Assembly: GCA_001819985.1 (NCBI GenBank)
Contig: MHOE01000025.1
Coordinates: 5,738 to 69,737, forward strand
Direction: 5' to 3'
DNA: 64,000 bases
Origin: Candidatus Spechtbacteria bacterium RIFCSPHIGHO2_02_FULL_43_15b
GTDB taxonomy: Bacteria; Patescibacteriota; Minisyncoccia; Spechtbacterales; HO2-43-30
A program made the translations under genes and the position numbers. The notes beneath the pieces were generated by a model. That model ran no database searches. It saw only the letters and a list, made by a program, of their open reading frames with translations, and was not told where the DNA came from. This document shows, piece after piece, positions 56,817 to 64,000 of this stretch. Every line of letters begins with the position of its first letter. Positions within the stretch are counted from its first letter, which is position 1.

Positions 56817-57566
56817 TTATAATCTGGCTTCTATCCCATTTTCTACCAGATATTCTTTGATATTCCTCGGTGTCATTTGAGTATATTGGAAAATGCTCGC
56901 GGCCGCAACGGCAGAAGCCCTGCCGATCTTTATAGCCAAAATAAAATCGTCAAGTTTTCCAGCTCCCCCACACGCGATAACCGGAATGTTTACCGCATCG
57001 GAAACGGACTTTACTAATTCCAAATCGTATCCTTCCATTAAACCTTCTTTGTCTATTGAAGTTAAAAAAATCTCTCCCGCTCCTCTTTGCTCAACCTCTT
57101 TCGCCCAATCAACCGCAGACCAGGAAGTTTCAGATTTGCCGCCGGCGCTAAAGACCTTATATTTTCCGCCAATCAACCTCGCGTCAATTGACGAAACTAC
57201 GCATTGGCTTCCAAATTTCTTCGCTCCTTCGGATATAATATCGGGGGTTTCTATCGCCGATGTATTTATCGAAACTTTATCAGCCCCTATTCTTAAAAGC
57301 AAATTTATATCGTCTAGGGACTTTACTCCTCCGCCTAAGGTCAATGGCATAAAGCATTCTTTTGAAATTTCTTCCAAAAGCCATTTTTTAATACCGTCTT
57401 TCCTCGCGTCCAAATCGAGAAAAATCATCTCATCCACATCCCTTGAGTTAAAAACTCTAACTGCTGAAATGTAACTTCCGATATTTCTGTGTTCTGAAAA
57501 ATTAACGCTTTTTACAAGGCGCAAATCTTTTATTGTAAGGCATGGAATAACTCGCGTTTTAAGCAT
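56817..57566 (-). CDS. HisF-like cyclase paralog (WbuZ-type, glycan amidination)
   Basis: RVIPCL, LVKSVNF, DEMIFLD, MPLTLGGG, FGSQC, GAGEIFLTSIDKEG; glycan-locus context. Confidence 0.88.
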   Translation of the reverse strand: MLKTRVIPCLTIKDLRLVKSVNFSEHRNIGSYISAVRVFNSRDVDEMIFLDLDARKDGIKKWLLEEISKECFMPLTLGGGVKSLDDINLLLRIGADKVSINTSAIETPDIISEGAKKFGSQCVVSSIDARLIGGKYKVFSAGGKSETSWSAVDWAKEVEQRGAGEIFLTSIDKEGLMEGYDLELVKSVSDAVNIPVIACGGAGKLDDFILAIKIGRASAVAAASIFQYTQMTPRNIKEYLVENGIEARL

Positions 57567-57582
57567 ATTACACTTGAGCGTT

Positions 57583-58188
57583 TCAGCGTTGCTTCAGAAA
57601 ATTCTTTAGAAACTGAAGCCCGCTCTTTTGACTTTTTTCCGGATGGAACTGGACACCCCAAATATTGTCTTTATTGACAACAACCGGAAATTCCTCGCCG
57701 TATTCAGATGTCGCTAAAACACACTTTTCCGCGTCGGGCTGTAAATAATAACTGTGAACAAAATAAAAAACATTAGATGCAATATTATCTAGAATTTTAT
57801 TATCGGACTTAACTTTAATATTGTTCCACCCGATATGCGGAAGTTTATTTATCCCCGCCCTTATCTTCACCGTGCGCCCATGTATCCATCCCAGTCCTTT
57901 ATTTACGCCGCCCTCATCGCCCTCATCGGCCAGAAGTTGCATACCTAAACATATTCCGAGGAACGGCTTTCTCCCTCTTAATACTTCCTCCTCGAGTATA
58001 TTCGCCAAACCCGACTCCTTTAGATTAGAAATCCCGTCGCCGAATGAACCAACTCCGGGCAATATCAAATGACTGGACATTTTTACATCATCGCGATTAT
58101 TAGATACTAAAACATCAGCGCCTAAAAATTCTAATGCGTTTTTCACGGAACCGGTATTACCCATTCCATAATCTATTATGACGATCAT
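57583..58188 (-). CDS. HisH-like glutamine amidotransferase paralog (WbuY-type)
   Basis: IDYGMGN, LPGVGSF, GICLGMQ, PHIGWN, YFVHSY, QFHPEKS. Confidence 0.9.
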   Translation of the reverse strand: MIVIIDYGMGNTGSVKNALEFLGADVLVSNNRDDVKMSSHLILPGVGSFGDGISNLKESGLANILEEEVLRGRKPFLGICLGMQLLADEGDEGGVNKGLGWIHGRTVKIRAGINKLPHIGWNNIKVKSDNKILDNIASNVFYFVHSYYLQPDAEKCVLATSEYGEEFPVVVNKDNIWGVQFHPEKSQKSGLQFLKNFLKQR

Positions 58189-58227
58189 GTTTATAAAATT
58201 AGAAAATTGTAAGTTTTAATTTAACGC

Positions 58228-58977
58228 TTAAGGTTTAAGCGCTATTTGTTCGCAATGCGCGTTTATACTTGCGATTTCCGGGTTTTTATCCAAAAATAAC
58301 AACGCGTCCTTGACATTGATAATACCGCTACCGTTATACAGGGCTTTATAAATTTCGGCTACCAATTGAAAATCCTCGCCGTAATCAACAGTTAAACGAT
58401 AATCCCTTCTGTATTCGTCCGAGGCCTCTACGGGTTCTCCGATTTTGAATTCTCCTTTTTTATTCTCCCAGATATACGGGGTAACATGTTCTCGTTCGTA
58501 TTTTTCCTCCGCGTTTTTGTGCGCGATTTCCAGCGCCTTAAAAGAAAACACTTCCGTGTCCAACCCCCTTGGGAATGTTCGAATTGAAATATTGCTTAAA
58601 TAATCGACGCCTTTATGCTCTGCGAATTTTTTTATGCATTCATCTATTATAGCAGGATCAATAAGCGGACAATCGGAAGTTACTCTAACTATGATATCGG
58701 AATCAAAACATTTTGCCGTGCTGTAATACCTGTCCAGCACATCTTCCTCGCTTCCCCTGAAATATTTGATGCCGTTCTCCGCGCAAAATTTTTCCACTAC
58801 ATCGTCCTGTTTTAACACCGTAGTCGCAACAACAACATCATCCGCGAGCACAGCGCCTCTTGCTCTTTTTACCACATGATAAAGCATCGGGTATCCGCAT
58901 AAATTCTTCATAACCTTGCCTGGCAAGCGACCTGAACCCATTCGAGCTTGAATAATGATGTCAGTTTTAAGTTTCAT
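58228..58977 (-). CDS. SpsF/PseF-type cytidylyltransferase
   Basis: IIQARMGSGRLPGKV, FRGSEEDVLDRY, RVTSDCP, FPRG, REHVT, RLTVD. Confidence 0.88.
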   Translation of the reverse strand: MKLKTDIIIQARMGSGRLPGKVMKNLCGYPMLYHVVKRARGAVLADDVVVATTVLKQDDVVEKFCAENGIKYFRGSEEDVLDRYYSTAKCFDSDIIVRVTSDCPLIDPAIIDECIKKFAEHKGVDYLSNISIRTFPRGLDTEVFSFKALEIAHKNAEEKYEREHVTPYIWENKKGEFKIGEPVEASDEYRRDYRLTVDYGEDFQLVAEIYKALYNGSGIINVKDALLFLDKNPEIASINAHCEQIALKP

Positions 58978-60110
58978 ACGATTTTTTTAAGTATATTTAT
59001 AACCTCGTCAACTTCTTTCTTCCGAAGAGACGGGTAAAGAGGCACGCTGATTTCTTCTCGGTAAAAACTTTCTGTTTTCGGAAAATCGCCGAATTTGTAC
59101 CCGAATCGATTTTGATAATACGGATGAGTGTGTATGGGTATAAAATGAACTTGCGGAAAAATATTGGCATACTTAAATTCTTTGAATAATTTTCTTTTAT
59201 CAATGCTCGCATCCGCCAATCTCAATGAGTAAAGGTGCCAAGCGCTTTTGCACCCCTTCCTTTCACGCGGCAGAACAAAACGAGGATCTTTATCTAATTT
59301 TTCCGTATAATACTCCGCGATGCTTCTTCGCGCTTTGATTAAATTATCTATCCGCTTAATCTGCGAAATCCCTAGAGCCGACTGGACATCCGAGAGACGG
59401 TAATTATACCCAAGCTCCTGCATTTCAAAATACCATGGATCGATTTTGCTCGATTTATCAACAAAATTTTTGGGGTCTTTCGTTATCCCGTGATTTCTGA
59501 ATAAAAGAGCTCTCTCGTAAAACTTCCTGCTGTTTGTGACTATCGCGCCGCCTTCGGCGGTAGTTATGGCTTTTGCCGGATGGAAAGAAAATACCGTTAT
59601 ATCCGCCTGTCCGCCGATACGCCTACCCATATATTCAGCGCCCAGCGAATGGCACGCATCATTGATCAGTGTCAACCCGTGCTTCTTAGACAAAAATTTT
59701 AACTCCTTCAGAAATGACGGATGTCCCGCATAATCAACAGTTATAACGGCTTTTGTTTTGCTGTTTATTTTGCTTTCAACCGCGATAGGATCCAGAAGGC
59801 CAGAGCTGTAATCGATATCGGCAAAAACAGGTTTTGCGCGTTCATACAAAATACAGTTTGCCGTGGCAACAAAAGAAAACGGAGTTGTTATGACCTCATC
59901 GTCTTCGTTTACACCCGCGGCGAAAACTGCGCAATGAAGCGCGGAAGTCCCCGAGTTTAACACCACCGCGTATCTCGTTTCTGAATAACTTTTAATCAAA
60001 CTTTCGAATTCTGAAACCGCGGAACCTTGCGTAAGAAATCTGCCGTTAAGAATCTTAGCTACCGCATTTATATCGCTTTTTGAAATAGTATGCTTTGTAT
60101 AGGGAATCAT
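58974..60110 (-). CDS. pseC: UDP-4-amino-4,6-dideoxy-N-acetyl-beta-L-altrosamine transaminase (DegT family)
   Basis: MIPY, LTQG, NSGTSALH, DACHSLG, FSFHPAKAITTAEGG, LGYNYRL, HFIPIH. Confidence 0.9.
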   Translation of the reverse strand: MIPYTKHTISKSDINAVAKILNGRFLTQGSAVSEFESLIKSYSETRYAVVLNSGTSALHCAVFAAGVNEDDEVITTPFSFVATANCILYERAKPVFADIDYSSGLLDPIAVESKINSKTKAVITVDYAGHPSFLKELKFLSKKHGLTLINDACHSLGAEYMGRRIGGQADITVFSFHPAKAITTAEGGAIVTNSRKFYERALLFRNHGITKDPKNFVDKSSKIDPWYFEMQELGYNYRLSDVQSALGISQIKRIDNLIKARRSIAEYYTEKLDKDPRFVLPRERKGCKSAWHLYSLRLADASIDKRKLFKEFKYANIFPQVHFIPIHTHPYYQNRFGYKFGDFPKTESFYREEISVPLYPSLRKKEVDEVINILKKIV

Positions 60111-60185
60111 TTCTTCCGATTAGATTCTGAACGGCGGCACACGACAGCAAATGCGTATTTCGCGCCAAAGCTAAATGTCCAAAAT

Positions 60186-61181
60186 CTAGATTTCATCTAT
60201 AATGTTTTTCATATCTCGTATTGAAAGTAGATGAATGTTGCTCTTGCTATCATAAGAAAAACCATCCTTGACCCTCTTTCCCCGACTTTCAGCTTTTTCG
60301 GACCACCAATTAAAATCCGGCTCAATTATGTACCTGTCGTCAAAATCTCTTGTTCTTCTTCCTTCGTCTTTCGTAATTAAGAATTCATCTATTTTTTCAC
60401 CCGGGCGTATTCCTATGGTTCTAACGGATCTCTTGTATCCGAAAGCTTCTATCAAATCCGTCATCTTCATGCTTGGAATTTTGGGGACAAATATTTCTCC
60501 GCCTTTCATAATCTCGAGGGACTTCACCACAAATTTTGCCGCTTCGTCCAAAGTGATCCAAAATCTTGTCATCCGCTTATCGGTAAGCGTCAATCGTTCG
60601 CCTCTTTCTATTTGACTTTTGAAAAGCGGGATTACGCTCCCTCTACTGCCTATGACATTTCCGTATCTAACAACGGAAAAAATCGGATATTTCTTCCGTG
60701 TTGCCTGGCCGCTATACGAATTAGCTTGAATAAAAAGTTTTTCCGCGCAAAGTTTAGTGGCACCGTAAAGATTAACGGGATGAACCGCTTTATCCGTACT
60801 TAATGCTATAACCTTAGGAATTCTCAAATTAAGTGCCGACTCTATAACATTTACCGCGCCATCGACATTTGTCCTTATTGCTTCGATGGGATTATACTCG
60901 CATACAGGCACCTGCTTCAACGCGGCGGCGTGTATTAAAATATCAACTCCGCCACAAGCCCGCTCAAGTCGTTTCTGATCTCTTACATCTCCGATAAAAA
61001 AACGCAACCTCTTATCGCCATTAAAAGCAACAGACATATCGTGCTGTTTTGCTTCATCGCGGCTGTATATGCGTACGGTATTTGGCTTCTCGCTTGCAAG
61101 AATTTTCCTCACAAATGCCTGGCCAAACGACCCGGTACCCCCGGTAATTAATACTGTTTTACCCATTAATATTCCTTTCAT
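60186..61181 (-). CDS. pseB: UDP-N-acetylglucosamine 4,6-dehydratase (inverting)
   Basis: ITGGTGSFG, YSRDE.KQ, HAAALKQVP.CEYNP, LSTDKA, NLYGATK, RYGNV.GSRGSV, MTRF, GIRPGEK. Confidence 0.94.
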   Translation of the reverse strand: MKGILMGKTVLITGGTGSFGQAFVRKILASEKPNTVRIYSRDEAKQHDMSVAFNGDKRLRFFIGDVRDQKRLERACGGVDILIHAAALKQVPVCEYNPIEAIRTNVDGAVNVIESALNLRIPKVIALSTDKAVHPVNLYGATKLCAEKLFIQANSYSGQATRKKYPIFSVVRYGNVIGSRGSVIPLFKSQIERGERLTLTDKRMTRFWITLDEAAKFVVKSLEIMKGGEIFVPKIPSMKMTDLIEAFGYKRSVRTIGIRPGEKIDEFLITKDEGRRTRDFDDRYIIEPDFNWWSEKAESRGKRVKDGFSYDSKSNIHLLSIRDMKNIIDEI

Positions 61182-61294
61182 ATTCCTTAATAAATAACAT
61201 TATTTGATTACTTTGTCCATTATGGTATAGTGTATGTCCGTACGAATACATAGGTTCAACCTGTGTATTCATTTTAGGTATAATGCTATGTTAC

Positions 61295-61347
61295 TAGGTT
61301 TTAGGCGAGTGCGTATTCGCCATACTTACCTAACACCGAAAACCGAT
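61295..61347. repeat. Heptamer inverted-repeat element
   Basis: TAGGTTT TAGGCGA-gtgcgtat-TCGCC ... ACCTAAC ACCGAAA ACCGAT directly before ATG 61348. Confidence 0.6.
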
Positions 61348-62688
61348 ATGAAAATCTGCTTATATGCGCATGATTGGAATTACATAGATAACTACGAACC
61401 GGTTACAAAGATACTGGAATCTCAAAACATAAATTTTGATATTTTGGTGCTCAAAAAAGCTAGGCACCAAAGCTTTTTGTACTTCTCAAGAAAATACAAA
61501 AAGAAATATGGCGCCAAATTCATAACCATTTATGACATAAAATTCGGAAAGGAAATAATTTCCCTTTCCAAGTTGCCCGTAATCGGATTGCCAGCGGAAG
61601 TAAGTTTGGGAACTTCCCTGTTGAAATATTTTTTAGTGAAAAAAAAATATACGCATATCGTGGTTAGTGATGACCGCATAATAGAAGCGTGTATTCTAAT
61701 AAAGGCCGCGAATGAAGCTCGTATCAAAAATGTCGTCCTATATCCAGTAGAAGGTCTCCAGATAGTAAAGAGCTTAATGCTAACTAAAATCCAAGCGCAA
61801 AAATCCATGCCCGAAAGCAAAAAGAGACGGGTCGCGTCTTCTATCTCAAGGGTTATCTATCCTAAAAATTCTGCGATTTGTGAAGGCAAGCCATTTTATT
61901 TTTTTCCGCCCAATGAGGTTCTAAGATTGGGCGGTATGGAAATATTTCCTAAAAATCCGTGGGTGAGAGGCGCGAATAAATTAACCAAAATAGCCGCGAA
62001 TTCTATGATGCAAGCACGCGAAAATTATGTGCACGGAGTAAACGCCAATAAAATCTTTATTACAGGATTTCCGCCGCACGACAAGCTATTGGATTTAATA
62101 AAAAACAGGGAACAAAATAAAGCTAGAATAAAATCGGCTTTGCATTTAGATCCGAATAAAAAAATATTTCTCATCGCGGGAACAAACTATAGCGATGACT
62201 TCGATCCCCCTAGATTCTCCGAAATCGACAAGGATATAAGCAGGGTTATTTCCATACTTTCGTACAAAATAGGACCGAGTTTTGATTTTATCTTCAAAAT
62301 ACACCCCAGAGTTGATATAGCTGGCCAGGAAAATATTTTTTCCGATCAGGTGAAGGAAAAGATAAAATTTGTAAAAGATGAATTTAGTATATATGAACTC
62401 GTCACAATATCCGACGCTATACTGAATTTTATATCGGCATCTATGGACGCGTCTCTTATAACAGACGCTCCAATATTTTGTTACAAAATACCCGGAAGAA
62501 TGATTTTCGAGCAAGAGATCGCGAGATACAAATCAATAACCCCCCTGTATAATATAGTCGATTTAGAAAGAAACTTGTCTATTTTGGGAAAAATTCCGGC
62601 TTTTGATGAAATACTACGAAAAGAGGACAGAAAAAATTTTGGTATATTCGACGGCAGAAATGCCGAGAGATTCGTGAGTTTGCTTTAG
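61348..62688 (+). CDS. Putative GT-B glycosyl/nonulosonyl transferase
   Basis: IFITGFPPHD, FIFKIHPR, SDAIL..SAS motifs as in capsule/CDP-glycerol transferase-like proteins; start reassigned to ATG 61348. Confidence 0.65.
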   Translation: MKICLYAHDWNYIDNYEPVTKILESQNINFDILVLKKARHQSFLYFSRKYKKKYGAKFITIYDIKFGKEIISLSKLPVIGLPAEVSLGTSLLKYFLVKKKYTHIVVSDDRIIEACILIKAANEARIKNVVLYPVEGLQIVKSLMLTKIQAQKSMPESKKRRVASSISRVIYPKNSAICEGKPFYFFPPNEVLRLGGMEIFPKNPWVRGANKLTKIAANSMMQARENYVHGVNANKIFITGFPPHDKLLDLIKNREQNKARIKSALHLDPNKKIFLIAGTNYSDDFDPPRFSEIDKDISRVISILSYKIGPSFDFIFKIHPRVDIAGQENIFSDQVKEKIKFVKDEFSIYELVTISDAILNFISASMDASLITDAPIFCYKIPGRMIFEQEIARYKSITPLYNIVDLERNLSILGKIPAFDEILRKEDRKNFGIFDGRNAERFVSLL

Positions 62689-62757
62689 GTGTTAGGTTTA
62701 CTTTACGAATCTGCTTGTTTAAGATCGACCCGCTGATACCTAACCCTAAACACCTAG
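62686..62757. repeat. Heptamer inverted-repeat element between convergent genes
   Basis: TAGGTGT TAGGTTT ... ATACCTAACCCTAAACACCTA; both terminal TAGs are the stops of the flanking genes. Confidence 0.7.
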
Positions 62758-63098
62758 TACGCTCCTCCTCTTATCTTCACATCAACAAGTTTATTCCCCC
62801 TATCTACTACGGGAACCACATTTATATTTGAGTGCTTTTCAAAAAACCTTTCGACATTTGTATCGTCGCTTTCTATTGATAAAAAATTCGTATTCATCGC
62901 CTTTCGAACTGGCGCAATAATTGTTGCCCCTTTCACCATAGCGCGTCTTATATCGCCATCACTCAAAACCCCGACAACAAGCGTGCTGTCATCAACTACA
63001 ATAAGGCATCCGCGGTGATTGGCGGTAATTTTTTGCATAGCGACTTTAAGCGTAGAATCAGCGTCTATTGTGTAATCGAAGTTTTGCGGATTTGTCAT
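62754..63098 (-). CDS. Stand-alone CBS-pair protein
   Basis: LIVVD...GVLSDGDIRRA, MNTNF, VPVVD; resembles the CBS N-terminus of Leg-pathway nucleotidyltransferases. Confidence 0.85.
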   Translation of the reverse strand: MTNPQNFDYTIDADSTLKVAMQKITANHRGCLIVVDDSTLVVGVLSDGDIRRAMVKGATIIAPVRKAMNTNFLSIESDDTNVERFFEKHSNINVVPVVDRGNKLVDVKIRGGAY

Positions 63099-63099
63099 A

Positions 63100-63190
63100 A
63101 AGGTTTTAGATGTTAGATTCTAGGTTTTAGGTTCTTTAGGAATCTAATGCTTTTGATGGCATCCGTGCTAGTCCTAAAATCTAACCCTTA
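63100..63190. repeat. Heptamer inverted-repeat element
   Basis: AAGGTTT TAGATGT TAGATTC TAGGTTT TAGGTTC ... GTCCTAAAATCTAACCCTTA. Confidence 0.75.
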
Positions 63191-64000
63191 GTATGTTATT
63201 CTTTTTACTAACAGTTTATCATCTATCTTGGCGCTTGCCAAAATATCAACTATCCTCTTTGAGGACTTCCCATCTCCGTAAGGATTTACGCATCTTATAA
63301 CCTTCTTTCTAAAATTTGGGCTCATTGATTTCTTTATTGCCTCCTCAATAGATTTTTCCGAATAATCCGCATTTATAACATTTATGCTCTGAAGACGCCC
63401 CCTTTGCCTGTTTCCGATATTAACCGCGGGAACCTTAAATGTGGGGGCTTCTATTATTCCGCTCGATGAGTTTCCGACAATGGCGCTAGCGTTACTCAAA
63501 AGTCCGGCATAATCCTGCCTTTTGAGATTCGGATATATGCTCATAAACGGCTGTTTGTACTCCATTATCTTTCTTCTTATTAAGTTTGACCCCGCGTCTG
63601 AATTATTAAGAAGCAAAACTGTCGGATATTTCAGTTTGCATACTGCCCTCATAAGCTCGTCCATTTGCCTCTCCGTATCATTGAACTCTTCGGTTACGGA
63701 ATGGTACATCAATAGAATAAACGGCTTCCCCTCTTTTAGATTAAATTTTTTGTAAACTTCTTTCGCGGGAGTGGCGTAACTCTCAACAAGTTCATCGAGC
63801 ATGGGCGCTCCGACATTAAAAACTCTCTGTCTCTCTTCTCCCATTTTCAAAACTCGTGCTTCCGCGTCTTTGTTAGCGCAAAAATGAATATGCGCGAATT
63901 TTGTAATTGCATGGCGTGATACACCGTCTATGTTGCCCGATACTTCTCCCGCTTGAATATGCGCCACCGGAATATACATATGCGCCCCCACAATGGCGGC
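63188..64000 (-). CDS. neuC: Hydrolysing UDP/GDP-N-acetyl-sugar 2-epimerase (NeuC/LegG family), 5' end outside the window
   Basis: AHIQAGE.SG.ID..SRHAITK, YHSVT, VGNSSSGIIEAP, NIGNRQ.GR, NPYGDG. Confidence 0.9.
   Translation of the reverse strand, partial: AAIVGAHMYIPVAHIQAGEVSGNIDGVSRHAITKFAHIHFCANKDAEARVLKMGEERQRVFNVGAPMLDELVESYATPAKEVYKKFNLKEGKPFILLMYHSVTEEFNDTERQMDELMRAVCKLKYPTVLLLNNSDAGSNLIRRKIMEYKQPFMSIYPNLKRQDYAGLLSNASAIVGNSSSGIIEAPTFKVPAVNIGNRQRGRLQSINVINADYSEKSIEEAIKKSMSPNFRKKVIRCVNPYGDGKSSKRIVDILASAKIDDKLLVKRITY

Noticed and set aside
56817-58188. hisF/hisH as histidine biosynthesis genes
   Set aside because: They flank an N-acetyl sugar amidotransferase inside the pse cluster with no other his genes, which fits WbuYZ-type paralogs

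Overview
A 64 kb chromosomal window of roughly 40-45% GC (by eye). Gene content points to a Patescibacteria/CPR (Parcubacteria-like) bacterium; this is inferred from the gene repertoire, as no rRNA marker is present. The left half (1-36.9 kb, almost all minus strand) carries housekeeping genes: pgi/pmi, acyP, VanW-family, DsbA-family, trxB, rsmI, a VirD4-like ATPase pair, secF/secD, nth, tgt, a UvrD-nuclease fusion, secA, hpf and murB. Small accessory genes are interspersed among them. The right half (32.7-64 kb) is a large surface-glycan locus with a Wzy_C/TPR ligase, priming transferase, flippase, a modified pseudaminic-acid pathway and a second nonulosonic-acid pathway. Main candidates for new biology: (1) a CotH-like kinase + VTC polyphosphate-polymerase-like + DUF4956 membrane trio inside the glycan operon; (2) a lone ~60% GC gene whose C-terminus resembles a diversity-generating retroelement (DGR) variable region, flanked by hairpins, with no RT or template repeat seen in the window; (3) a dispersed family of heptamer inverted repeats that fill intergenic gaps and supply stop codons; (4) an Nth missing two of its four Fe-S cysteines, coupled to a tiny Cys-rich protein; (5) an in-frame palindrome inside secA. 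No rRNA, tRNA, CRISPR array, integrase or transposase was recognised. All family assignments come from motif recognition by eye, not from database searches.
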